Assembly: GCF_018350175.1 (NCBI RefSeq)
Contig: NC_058368.1
Span: forward strand, 48,920,001-48,984,000
DNA: 64,000 bases
From: Felis catus
Taxonomy: Eukaryota
Direction: 5' to 3'
The translations under genes were made by a program, and so were the position numbers. The notes below the pieces were generated by a model. The model made no database searches. It saw nothing but the letters and a program-made list of their open reading frames with translations, and was not told the origin of the DNA. This document shows positions 38,495-51,210 of this stretch, in pieces; position 1 is the stretch's first letter; each line of letters begins with the position of its first letter.

Positions 38495-40520
38495 GGGAGT
38501 AACATCATCAAGATGGTGAATGGTGACGCAGGTCATTTCTGACTTCAGTCTCCCTTACAAGAACACCAACTAGCAACTATCCATACATAAGGCACCTCTG
38601 TGAAAATCCTAGAACCCTGGGGTGAGACTGAAGTGGCCCACTGGACAACAGAGACTGAGAAGGACCATATTAGAAGAGTAGGAGGAACGGCTATACTGTC
38701 CCTGGATAGCCCCTCCCCCAGGTTGGCACAGTGCTATACCCAGAGGGCCTCCGGGGGTCTACACTACTCCAAGGAGAAAAAGAGAGGCTAAGACTGACAT
38801 CGGCCTCCCCCAGCATAGCGGGATGCTAGGAAATGAACTCAGGTCTTGCCTCACAGGAAGCACCCAAGCTGAGAGCCCAGCCAGTCACTCTGTGTGTGCA
38901 GAAGTGAACTGCTTCGTCTGGCCAGGGAGCTTGGTGTGCAGTTCTGCCCGAGTCAGGTCCACAGCCAATGAACCAAAGATACAGGCCTGTTTTACAGCCC
39001 CACCGGGGCAGGGAAGCAAATTCATAACTGTGCATACTGCTGAAGATAGCCCTCAGTTCCACTTGACCAGGAAGCCTAACAGGAAAACTTGGAATGCTAC
39101 ATAACCCATCCTACAGCCCTGCTTACAGCAGCGCTCAAGCATAGAGCTCAGCCAGTGGCCCTCTCCATCTGCAGAGCCAAGCTGGTGTCCCTGTCTTTCC
39201 AGGGAGCTTCGTGGGCAGATCTGCCTATTTTTGGTCCCCAGCCAATGTGCTTTACTGGCCTTGGAGCATGTCCTACTGCTCTGCCAGGGCAGGAAAACAA
39301 GTTTGAAGTCACATCTGCTGTTGAACATACCCCTAGCCCTATCTGACCAGGAAGCCTCACCAGAGCACCTGAGACAGGGCGTAGCTCATCCTCCAGCACC
39401 ATGGGTAATAGCATCTGAGCAGAGAGCCCATCCACTGGCTTGGTCTACCTTCAGATCCAAGCCAGTGGCCTTGCCCAGCCAGGGAACTTGGTGGGCAGAT
39501 CTGCCTGATTTAAGTGCTCAGCCAATGAGCCATGCTGCCCTTGGAGGCTATTCAGCCACCTTGACTGGGAAGGGAAGTGCTCTCATGTCCCTGCTACTCT
39601 AGCCTCATGTGTGCTTAATCACGAACCCTAACCAGAGCAATGGGGAGCTTATTGGCTTATTATAGCCCTACTTGCAGTGTTGCCTTAGCAGAGAGTCTAG
39701 CTAGTGGCTCTGGCCATAAACACAGCCAAGCTGGTGGCCATGTCTGGCCAGAGAAGTTGGTGGTTAGCTCTGCCTAATTTGGGTCCCCAGCTCTAGGCCA
39801 TACTGGCAATGTAGCCTGTTCTATAGTCTTTCCTAGGCAAATCTGAAGCCCTTGCTATGGCTGAATATAGCCTCTAGCCCTGCTTGACCAGAATTCAACA
39901 AATGGGAAAAAATTTAAAGGAAAAAAGAATATCTTGAGACAAATGGAAACGAAATTCACGTAGAACTATGAAAGAGCCAGAACAGCCTTCTTGAGAAAGA
40001 AGAACAAAGCTGGAGGCATCACACTTCCTGATTTCAAACCATATCAGAAAAGTATACTAGTCAAAACAGTATGGTACTGGCATAAAAACACACAAAGTAA
40101 TGGGAACAGAATTGAGAGCCTAGAAATAAATTCATCCATAACTTCAACTAACATTTGGCAAGGGATTCAAGAATACACAGTGGGGAAAACACATTATCTT
40201 CAATAAATGGTGCTGAGATAATTGGATAATCATATATAGGAGATTGAAACTAGACCCTAATCTTATACCACCCACAAGAATTAACTTGAAACGGATTAAG
40301 TATGTAAACGCAAGACCTGAAAGTATATATCTCCTAGAAGAAAAGATAGGGGAAAAGCTTCTTGACAATGGTCTTGGCAATGACTTTTGTATGTGACATT
40401 TAAAGTACAAGCAACAAAAATAAACAATGGGACTACATCAGACTAAAAACCTTCTGCATATCAAAAGGAATGATCAACAAAATGAAAGGGCAACTTATGG
40501 AATGAGAGAAAATACTTGTA
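38495..40520 (+). mobile_element. Old L1 (L1M/L1_Carn-type): 5' UTR with tandem monomers joined to ORF2 fragments
   Basis: CAAGATGG YY1-like start, AACTAGCAACTATCCA..GTGAAAATCC 5'-end motif; ORF2 peptide [24 protein letters not shown] at 39991. Confidence 0.8.
38850..39890 (+). repeat. Four diverged ~275-bp tandem monomers
   Basis: Anchor CCAG(G/A)GA..TT.GTG at 38922, 39199, 39479 and 39748. Confidence 0.8.
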
Positions 40521-40521
40521 C

Positions 40522-41180
40522 ATTCTTAGCAGTAGAATTGCTGAATCACAAGGTAAATGTGATTTCTGTCTAAAAGGGATATAACAATTATCTTTTCCAC
40601 AAGCAATGTATGAGAGTGTTTGTCTTCCCCAGCCTCTCCAACAGAATACGTTGTCTTGCTTTTTAACTTTTACCAGTCTAATAGATGGGAAATTATATCC
40701 TTAATATTTTGTTTGTATTTCAACTTCTCTAATTTGAGTTAGATTGAATATTTTTCATGTTTGAACACAATTTTCAAATCTATTTAGTGAAGTATTTGTT
40801 AACTCCTTTGTTACATTTGTTACATTTTAAAGAGGTTAATATCTAAAAAATGTCTTTGATATTTATTCACATATTTACCATTTCTAGTACTCGTCCTTAC
40901 TTTCTATGAACCCAAGTTTCCATCTGGCAGCATTTTCTTTCAACTTGAAGAACTACCTTTAACATTTCCCTTAGTGTAGGTCTGCTGGCAACACATTTTC
41001 TCAGCTTTAGTTTTTCTAAGAAAGTCTTTACTTGGCCTTCATTTTTTGACAGATAGTTTTGTTAGATATAGAAATCTAAGTTGCCAGTTATTTCCATCCA
41101 GTACTCTGTGTTGTACTGTTTGTCTTTTGGCTTCCACCTTCTCTGACGAGAAGTCTGCAATCATTCTGATCTTGTTTCCC
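40522..41180 (-). mobile_element. Ancient L1M fragments (ORF2 3' part and ORF1 region)
   Basis: GTAGAATTGCTG..CAGCAATGTATGAGAG-like motif; GTGTAGGTCTGCTGGCAAC..TTCTCAGCTTT..GAGAAGTCTGC. Confidence 0.7.
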
Positions 41181-41326
41181 TGCTTGGCTCCAGCTGGTGG
41201 TATAAAACCCCTGAGCACTCACAGTGGACCTCTGGGAAAGAGTTTTCAGGTGGGTGCTGTCCTGTATTGTGTCAGTATCTGCTTCAGGTTTTTATCTGCC
41301 ATGCTTACCCACACATTGCCTTTAAC

Positions 41327-41371
41327 TTTTTATGTTTATTTTTATTTATTTTTGAGAGGAAGGGAGGGAGA

Positions 41372-41418
<47 letters not shown>

Positions 41419-41582
41419 AAGAAAGGGCAGAGAGAAGGAGAGGGAGAATCCCAAGTAGGCTCCACGCTATCAGCTATCAGTGCAGAGCCCCCACGTGGGG
41501 CTCCATCTCATGAACCAAGTGATCATGACCTGAACCAGGATGGAGACTCTGATGCTTAACCGACTGAGCCACCTAGGCTCCC
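41327..41582 (-). mobile_element. CanSINE
   Basis: Long (GA)n tract, GAGAATCCCAAG..GATCATGACCTGA..CTGAGCCACC. Confidence 0.94.
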
Positions 41583-42401
41583 ACCTTTAAATTCTTATTA
41601 CAGGTTTGTCTGCTTACTTTATCATTCTGCTTTGTTTCTAGGGATGACAATAGCTTCAGTTCTTTTCTCCCATATGAAAAGTTTGTTACTTCCTGGAATT
41701 TTGTTCATTTAAGCTTCTTTGTGTACTCAATTTTGTGATGAGTTAAAAAGAATAAGAGGTTATAATTTTGTAGCATCTCCAGCTTGTTAGTGTGAGAGCA
41801 ATGCTCTCCCGTGATCCTAATCTAAAGGAGCAGAAGTGTCTGGCTTCCAATGAGAATATTTGTAGTGACTCTATTTAGTTCACTTGTACACACAGTCAGT
41901 GTTTGTTCACTTCATAGCACTCATGAAGTCCCCTGTTAAGATGTGATCACCCTTTATTTTACCATAGGTACTGTTATTTTAAGCAACGAGATAGAAAGTG
42001 TAATTGTTAAACCTAGAAGTAATTCAATCTACAGTTTCCTACTGGTAATCAAAGTGTGATTGACTTTTATTTTCAATGCTTAGTATTGTCAAAGGGATTC
42101 AAACAATATTATAGTTAAAGCTACTATATTAAATATTAATAGAATAGTTGTAGATCACAATACTCTACGACCTCTAATAAACTGAAGCTTTGTTTTTCTT
42201 TTGAATTACTGCTGAGCTGAAATTCTTCTGGCACAGACATCTAGCAGCACTCAAACACAGGTCTCTGTAAGAAAGTGGAATTTGGGGAAATGGGTGCAGA
42301 TTTCCAGTTTGCATCACTTCCTCTTCTCTCTTATGTAATGGATCACATAAAAGATTTCATCAGTTTTGTCACTAAGACTGTGTTTCCTCCACGAAAGTTT
42401 T

Positions 42402-42628
42402 CTTTTAATTTTTTAAAATTTAATGTGTATTTATTTTGAGATCAAGAGAGACAGAGCATGAGTGGGGGAGAGGCAGAAAGAGAGGGAGACACAGAATCCG
42501 AAGCAGACATCAGGCTCTGAGCTGTCAGCAGAGAGCCTGACGTGGGGCTCAAACCCACGAACCGAACCGTGAGATCATGACCTGAGTCAAAGTCGGATGC
42601 TCAGGTGACTGAGCCACCCAAGCACCCC
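42402..42628 (-). mobile_element. CanSINE
   Basis: TSD CCTCCAC(G/A)AAAGTTTT at 42386 and 42630. Confidence 0.95.
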
Positions 42629-43140
42629 ACCTCCACAAAAGTTTTAATGGTTAAGCAAAGCTTAGACCATACTTTCAACTCTTATTAGACAATGTATTTA
42701 TCTACATTATTTTACTCTATTAGATTCAAGATATAGTCATTTGCATGACTATTAAATATTTCATTTCGAGGAATGAATAACATTTCTAACTCTCCTTTTG
42801 TTTCCTGAAAGAGTACTGATTCAAGGGATTATGCTACTTTTCATTTGAATAAATGTCAGATACTAGGAAAGGAAATGAAATGCCTTTGCATTTAATTGCA
42901 TTACAGCTGATTTTAGAATAGCTAGATATTTTTATTGTTTCAAAAAATATTAGTGTGCTGTAAATCAATACTCTTTCTATTATTCTTTCTAAGGTGGATA
43001 TTTTACTAAATTTGTTAGTTCTTATTTAGTAATTGACAATTCAATAGTATAAGTGCATTCATATAGAAAAGTATCTGCATATTCCACTCTCTTGGTATTT
43101 ACAAACCAAGATTTGTAAATCATTTACAAAAATGATATGT

Positions 43141-43362
43141 ATTTTTTTAAGTTTATTTTTTTTTATTTTTGAAAGGGGAGGAGGGGCAGAGGGAGAAAGA
43201 GAGAAAGAAAGAGAGAGAGAGAGAGAGGGAGGGAGAGAGAATCCCAAGCGGGCTCTGCACTGTCAGCACAAAGCCTGATGTAGGACTTGATCCCACAAAT
43301 CATAAGATCATGACCTGAGCTGAAATCAAGAGGCACTTAGCTGACTGAGCCACAGAGGTGCA
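43141..43362 (-). mobile_element. CanSINE
   Basis: GAGAATCCCAAGC..GATCATGACCTGAGCTGAAATCAAGAG..CTGAGCCAC. Confidence 0.93.
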
Positions 43363-45852
43363 CTAAATATTTTTTATGTCTGGGTAGTATTTGTGTGAAG
43401 TAAGTGCCTTCTTACTTACTTCAAGGCATGCTTTTCCCATGTTTATTTTTTATCTGTTGCTTGAAATGAAATGAAATAAAGTATAGGAGAGAAAGATATT
43501 TCATTTCTCCCCTTTTCCCCCATTCCTACTTTTGCCCGTAGAAAAAAAAGTAGCCATCAACCCCCGACACTGGCTTTTGGCAAAAGTCCTATGTGTGTGT
43601 CAGGGGCAGGATGTGGTGCACAGTGAGAAACTACCTTCTCTCTCTCCTCCTTTACTACATCCTCTCCTCACATTCAGGGATTTATCTGCATTCTTTATCA
43701 TCATTTCTGGTATAGCAGTACTGGATGGAAGGGCAATATGAGAGAGAAGCCAGCAAAAAACGTCCTGTGCCTTGAGTGTGTCGCAACTTAATTTTGCCTG
43801 GGCCGGGTGGAAAAGGAGACGTAGTCTGTATGGCTTTCATCTTCTATCACCTGTTGAATGCCTTTAGAAGTGCCCTAAACTTTTCCCACTGAAAACTAGG
43901 TAGAGTAAAAGACAAAAATGCTTTCAGTCGACTTTGGGCTTTATCAGTTAACTCCTTATCTATACAATTTGCTTTTTGTAAGTTTCTAAGGTAAGCAGCA
44001 CTCAAAGTGTTAATTCCACTCTGTGAGGCAAATGATCTGAGAGGATAACTTGCCGCGTTCAGACTTCAGATGACAGAGGCCGACATAAGCCAAGGGTGTA
44101 GACTTCCAATTCTTCTACTACTAGATGGTTCCACCTTTTCCTCTTTGCATCCAGCAATTCACTTTCCTGAGTGATTGCAGATTTGAATTTCTAGGGGAGC
44201 CCAGTCCTTGAGTGACATCTGTGTGTACCATCCTAAAAATTTTCTGACTAACTCCATTAGCAAAACTGCTAAGAGCAGACAGCTTCAGGTAAAAGAGAAA
44301 AGCTGTATCGGATGCAGGGAGAAGAATGCAAAGAGAAAACGAGGGCGGAGTTAATTCCCAAGGACTCTGAATTTTTCTACTTGCACTTTTTTTCTGTGGC
44401 CTCTTAGGTGACCTCATCTCTATTTTGCAGCTCAATCATCAATTCCTGTTTGCCTTTCCTGCAGTCAAACAATGTTCAATAGCCACATGTATATTTATCT
44501 TATTGTTTGTTCATTCATTTATTTAGCATTTATTGAATCCTGACTATATAGAATTTGGCCTAGGAATTTAAAAAATAATAATTTCCTGCTTTCAAGGAAC
44601 ATGTAGCATAGTAAATAAGGCAGAAAAGTTAGCAAAGACCAGGGTTTTTCTATTGATTACAAAATAATAATCACATGCATTAAATTCATCCTATCCTGCC
44701 ACTATCCTTCCCCATTGCTGTTTTACTCAAGAAAATGAAATTTCTGGTAAATGCTCTTTTAGAAAATGCTCTTTTAGATACTTATTGATTATGAATGGAA
44801 TCTGCAAATGTGCAGGGTTTTATTTACCCAGTTTATAAACTCAGAAAAGGTGGGGCTCTTTAGTTAGTTTCTCCAAAAACTGTATCTCATCTTAGAAAAA
44901 AAAATTCCAATGTTTAACCATGTCCTGTATTATTTTGTAGAACAATGCATTTTGCTAGTGTGGAGGTCCTCAAAGTATGGACCATGGAAGACTCAGGTTC
45001 CCTGGCAACGTAATAAGTGTATGGTTTCCTCTGATGTTAAGAGGAGGAAAAGAGGTATGAAAGGTTCTCCAGGGACTGAGTAGATGGTAAAGAATCTATA
45101 CTGTAGATGTCAGGTACACAGGCAGAGGCTCTAATGAGTTTTTCTAATATAAAGTTCAAATGGCACTGAAGATATATGCAAAAAGCAGATAAGTCATTCT
45201 GGCATGTTGTGGCTATTTCATCTACCTTGTCACTTGATGAGGCTAGCTGCCTTTGTCCCAGTGCATTAAAGCCAACATAGTGTCTCTACTTATAAGACAT
45301 CAAAAGGCATATCTCACTTTAAGTATAGTAAAAGAAATCCCAATCACATAATTTGAGATTTTTAAGATCAGCCCTTGGTTGCATTTTGCTTAATCTTTTC
45401 TGGAGGTCAAAAGGAATGGTTAACTATCTACAGTGACTGCAGCCAAAGTTACTGCTAATTCTAAATGTAGATTTTCAGGAGGGTGTTCCTGGCAATTGCT
45501 TGCAGTTGACTTTTTCAAATTTAAATGGGAATCAACCAGTTCAGAATAGAACTGGTTTTGGTGGACTGGTGGCAGGACTGGAAAATAGGCCATTGGTCAA
45601 GATGAATTTGGCCCAGATGCTTTAAAGCTTTTTGGTTTATTTAGAAAATCATAATTTTGGACTAAAAGCATCTTCACATTTTTTTATAAGCCAATTCATA
45701 GTGAAATTTGTGATACTTTTTTTTTCCCTGAAACATCTTAACAAAATGCCTTCCTTAAGGAAAAATTTATGTAATACCTATGTTTTGGCTTATTTTATAG
45801 AATGCCCAACTAATATTTCACAACGAATGTTTCTGAAGTGCTTACTATTCTG

Positions 45853-46065
45853 ATTTTTTTCTTAACATTTATTTATTTTTGAGACAGAGAGAGACAGAGC
45901 ATGAACTGGGGAGGGGCAGAGGGAGAGGGAGACACAGAATCGGAAACAGGCTCCAGGCTCTCAGCCATCAGCCCAGAGCCCGACACGGAGCTCAAACTCA
46001 ACGGAGCGCGAGAGTGACCTGAGCTGAAGTCGGACGCTTAACCGCCTGAGCCACCCAGGTGCCCC
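45853..46065 (-). mobile_element. Young CanSINE
   Basis: CACAGAATCGGAAACAGGCTCC diagnostic; TSD AGTGCTTACTATT at 45837 and 46066. Confidence 0.96.
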
Positions 46066-47737
46066 AGTGCTTACTATTTTGAAATCACTATGTTAGATGT
46101 TATCTTTAATGCCTTTCTCAATATGCTCTATTTTGAAACTTCCACTATTAACTATTTTTGGTGTTATTTCCAATCTTACTCACTTTCTCTTATAATAAAC
46201 CAATACCAAATCTTGATTTTTGAGGTGTTACATTTCATATCTGTGTGTCCACCCAGAGTTGAGTGTTAGTATTGTATAAATTCAATGAATATTCTCTATA
46301 ATCCTTAATCTTCCAAGCCTAGAGTACTTGCCATAATATTTTGGTGAATGATATAATAATTGATGGAAAACATGGGTCTTAACGAAACAGTATTAAATGG
46401 GAAAAAATATATATATACTTACTACATTTTGGACTGATTACCAGTGCACTAAATATAGTGCAGAATCAGGAATGGGAATATAACCATAATTTTTTGTTTT
46501 TGTTTCTACTTAAATTTATATCAACAGAGTGAAAACATAGTAGCTCAGAGTGCCTAATAATGTGGTAGATTTTCAGCAGTTAAGAACTACTAGTTAAAAT
46601 ATGTCATATAGGCTATTATATCTAAAATTGTGGTTTTGGAGATAGTTTGGAAAATAAATATCAGAGGTCTCATTTGATTACACAGAGAACAGTAAATAGA
46701 AGTTCTACTTTTCTCCCAGGGTCTTTGTCATGATTAAACAGGCATTGTTCATCCAGAGCTCCTGAAATAAGACATCCAATTAGGGTCCACACTCACTCAC
46801 TTTGAAACTGATGGAAGAGAGTTGAGCACAGCGGCCAAACATGACCAAAGATTGTTGGAAAAGCTTCTAGAAATTCATATCCAAAGCAGATAATGTAAAC
46901 TATTCTAATCAACAGCTCTATTCCTGGTGTCATTCCTTCAGTATTTTGTAATTATTAGATTCTAAGTAAGTATAAAATGTAGTGTACAAGAGTTTTATTT
47001 GGCTAAACATTATTAGGTGATATAACTGAATAGGTTATTCTTCATTCTGTTGCACATTTTGAAGCCAACAGATATTTTGCTAAATAGGTTGAGAACCTGT
47101 TTATTCTGCCTTAGGTTTATAATGTTAAAAATGAGTCAAAGTGGTTAGCTTCCTAGGTATCCACTCAAAATTCTCATTTAAACTATATATTATAAAAGAA
47201 GATTTGAGCATTTTGATAATTCCTAGGAGAGTCACTTTCTAGTTAATTTATATTCTGAGTCAAATCATTTGGGGGAAATCCTTCCTGAAAGTTAAAGCCT
47301 GACCATGAGTACTGCTTTTAAGGCTTTAATTAGAGAGATAGGCCTGCATTATTTAAATGCTTTTGAGATATATCTTGTATGCAAACCTATTTTTTAGGTA
47401 TTCAAAGAAATTTAAAGCAAATTCAAGGAAACTTGGAGAACTTTTGAAATTATTTATTATTGAGAACAAATTGGTAAAATTTGCCTTGCTTTGAGCTTCA
47501 TTTATGAACTTCTAACTTAGCCTTTGATGGCTAACTCAGGAGATGTTGGTGTTAGTTGAAGCTGGTATTATGCATTGCTTCCTGTTTTTAGCTCAACCTC
47601 CAAGAATAGGCTTTCAAACATCAGTTTTACTTTCTTATGCTTGCAAGTAAGAAATGTCATCAAACAAGCTAAATAAAAAACGAGATTTTCAAAAAATATT
47701 TTATAAACAGAACAGTTAATTTCACGGATTCATTTTA

Positions 47738-47963
47738 TTAAAAAAAAATTTTTTTTTCAACATTTATTTATTTTTGGGACAGGGAGAGACAGAGCATGAA
47801 CGGGGAGGGGCAGAGGGAGAGGGAGACACAGAATCGGAAACAGGCTCCAGGCTCTGAGCCATCAGCCCGGACGGAGCCCGACGCGGGGCTCGAACTCACG
47901 GACCGCGAGATCGTGACCTGGCTGAAGTCGGACGCTTAACCGACTGCGCCACCCAGGCGCCCC
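47738..47963 (-). mobile_element. Young CanSINE (SINEC_Fc)
   Basis: CpG-intact, ends CGACTGCGCCACCCAGGCGCCCC; TSD TCAC(G/T)GATTCATT. Confidence 0.97.
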
Positions 47964-48164
47964 TCACTGATTCATTATAAAAAATGGTGGCCATGCTTCT
48001 CTTTTTTATTATTTGATCAATTTATCTAGGTATATTATTCAGTACTCTCAGTCTTAAAGTTCTTGAGTTGTCTTTTTAGCTACAAATACATCTTCTTGTA
48101 CTTCTCAATATGTGACTAATGGACAAAGCATGTACAAACAATTCCTTTCAAATAAATTTAGTAT

Positions 48165-48323
48165 GGGGGCACCTAGGTGGCTCATGGCTGCCTCTTAATT
48201 TTGGCTCAGGTCATGATCTCACAGTCTGTGAGCTTGAGCACTGTATGGGGCCCTGTGCTGATTGTATGGAGCCTGCTTGGGATTCTCTCTCTCTCCCTCT
48301 CTCTCTGCCCCTTCTCTGTTTGT

Positions 48324-48361
<38 letters not shown>

Positions 48362-48438
48362 AAAAATAAATAAATACACTTCAAAAAAATAAAAAAAAAT
48401 AAAAAATAAAATAAAATAAAATAAAATAAAATAAAATA
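48165..48438 (+). mobile_element. CanSINE with (AAAAT)n tail
   Basis: GGGGCACCTAGGTGGCTCA head; TSD about AAATT(T)AGTATG. Confidence 0.94.
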
Positions 48439-51210
48439 AAATTAGTATGTGGGGGATTTTTAGAGAACCCAGGGATTTTCAAGTAATTGAGAGATTTGAA
48501 AAGAGCACTTTAGAAGTCAAACTTTGTACTCAGTTTGTAGTGAAGGAACTACAAGCTTTACAGTAAAGAAATGAAAATGGAAGACAAGAGAATCCTTATA
48601 TAATGAGGAATCAAGTCAGTTCACAAGTGAAGTTCTTACTTGAACTGAGTAACTTAATATTCATGAGATAGGTCTTCCTCCACCCCCCTGACCAAATCAC
48701 ACATCTCCCAATTTTTAGCTTTAGCAGTAAACTCTATTACAATTAACTCCTTTATGTATGTGTGAAATTAGTCAGGTTTGAAATGGACTCCAGGCCTTTG
48801 GGTCCATGGTTCTCTTCTATGGAATTACTGAGGGTCTATGAACTATTGTGCCACAAGGGAAGAATACAAAGGCTAATTTATTAACATGTGTCTGCATATA
48901 TCTTGTTATTATTTGCAAGTCTTAATGCTAACCAGTCACTTCAAGTTTTATTGGATGTAATCTAGTACATGTAAATAAAAGTCAGGGTTCTTGAAACAAA
49001 ACCATAAAAGTAGCAGATTGCAATCAAAGAGCAGATGTTTTGTGATGTCAAGCTGAATATTTATGGTCTTCCTTTAAGCCAATCACTGAAACTGACAACT
49101 TATCACAAATTATTTGACCATCTAAAGAGAACAATTTCATCAGAAAGTTGTTAAAAACTTTTTTTGGCAAACAAACAGATTTTTATTCTTAAAGAAAGGA
49201 AAGAAATCCAATACAAGACAGAGGTAGAAAAATTCTACAAATATATTCAAGAGTCTCTGATTAGTAGTGACTAGTGACCCATAACAACTAGCTTAGACAT
49301 TTCTTAATTAGATGGTGCTAAGTACTCCAATTTACCTGGAAGTTGAAAGAAATTGCTCTAAATTTGGTTCTTACTAATGTAAATTCTCAATCAAAGTAAA
49401 TTTAGTAATTAAATTTGGTATATAAAAATATGTTTAATGAACATCTTATTTGTTAGTTGGTCTTGGAAGTGTTCCCAGTTTATTCTGGCTCTTTTATAGA
49501 AGTCAGAAAGGAACTAGAGAATTTACTTTCTGTTAAACAAACAATTCATTTTGCCTTTTTTAACGAGGGAGAAGGGATACTATTATTCATTATGTTTCTC
49601 TTACGTTATGACATACAAGTTCATAATTGAGTAGAATCATAAATGAGGTCGCTTAAGCCTAAATGCTTAAGTGAAACTTTCACCCCCCGGAGAGCATCCC
49701 TAACATATTATTCTGTCCCTACTGGAGTATTCCAGTAATAAATTAGTTGGATCCATCTTTAGATGGATCATTTTGTATCAACTTGTATCATTCACAAGTT
49801 CACTCACTTATCAGATTTTTAATTGTCTACTGTATGACACACATAGTCATAAGAAATGGAGACACCGTATTGAACCAAAAAAATGCAGCCCTTCTCCATG
49901 TGGAATGTATAGACTGGTTTTTTATATATGTGTCAAATTCTACCTGTCTGTAACTTCTACCCTTTGTTAATAGTTTTCATCATATCTACCTTCTATTCCT
50001 ATAATCTACAAATTTAACCAGGCTTTCTTCTGTTAACTGATCCATAAACTGATAATCTTTACATCAAATCTGATTAAGAATAAGTTTTGAAGGTGAAAAT
50101 TTGAACTAACAGTGGTATAGGCTACTTGCAAAACATTTCAGCTAAAACAGGCATGATTTTGAGTCATTAAAACAGATGCACTGAAAGTTCTACCATTTTC
50201 CTTCCTCTGGTCCAGGTTCCTGAGTTTGCTTCATTAAAACTCAGGGAGTAAACCTGATTGACAAGTAAAGCAATGTAAATGCAAATGCCTGAATCCACAA
50301 TAGGGCAGCCCCTTTAGAAGGGAATTGATGGCTCTGTAAATAAAATACTAAATAAATACTGATGTATTGAGAATCACCTGCAAAAAACCATTATTTTGTC
50401 CTTAGAAATATTTCGTTGTTATTTTATAGGTAGTCACCAAAATTATTTTTTAAAAAGGACATAAAATAGACACTAATTATCTACAGATTATATATGGGAA
50501 AGAATTTAACATATAATCTCATGCACTAGAAGACCGATTATTCTTTGAACCAAACCTTCCACCACCAATAATAGAATGTAGCCATATTTTCTTAATTGGC
50601 TCATGAATATGTTAAGAGGACCAGAGTTATGATCTTTTGCATATTTATTAATTCTGTGTTTCCCTATTTATCTAGAAAGATTAACTTTGACAAAGAAAGA
50701 ACTTATATTGACTTATTTTTTTAATTTACAGAAAACGTATTTTATATCTCAATATACACAGTCTTCACAGTGTATCTTCCCAGTGTATACAGAATAATTA
50801 TTGATTTTTATCATTTCAAAAATTGGTAGATAGGTTATTCAAGGCCTGCTCTTTATTTTGTATAAGTGCAAAGTCTCCTTTTCAGTATCTCTAAATGTTA
50901 CTTCTACCTTGTCAAATAGATCCAGATATTGTAACTGACACTATACAGACTATTCTTTGTCACCACTGTTTTCATCATAAATGAAGGCATCCACTTTACT
51001 AGCATAATCCTCGACCAACATTCTGGTGTTAAATATGTTCTACTTGATAAATATTGGCAAAAGAGATCATCTGAAAAGGAGGAGGAGGAAGAGAATGCTG
51101 TTTGGAATTGCTTCATTTCTATCACAGTGACCACCTTCTTGTTTTCTGCCCAGGGAGAGTCAGACTAAGTGTAATAGCATTTGTCATCTGAGAATAGAAA
51201 GGCAGGCTCA

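Noticed and set aside
38850..39890. Periodic repeats as a CRISPR-like array or satellite
   Set aside because: The whole ~275-bp units are homologous and diverged, with no unique spacers and no cas genes, and they sit inside a mammalian L1 5' end.
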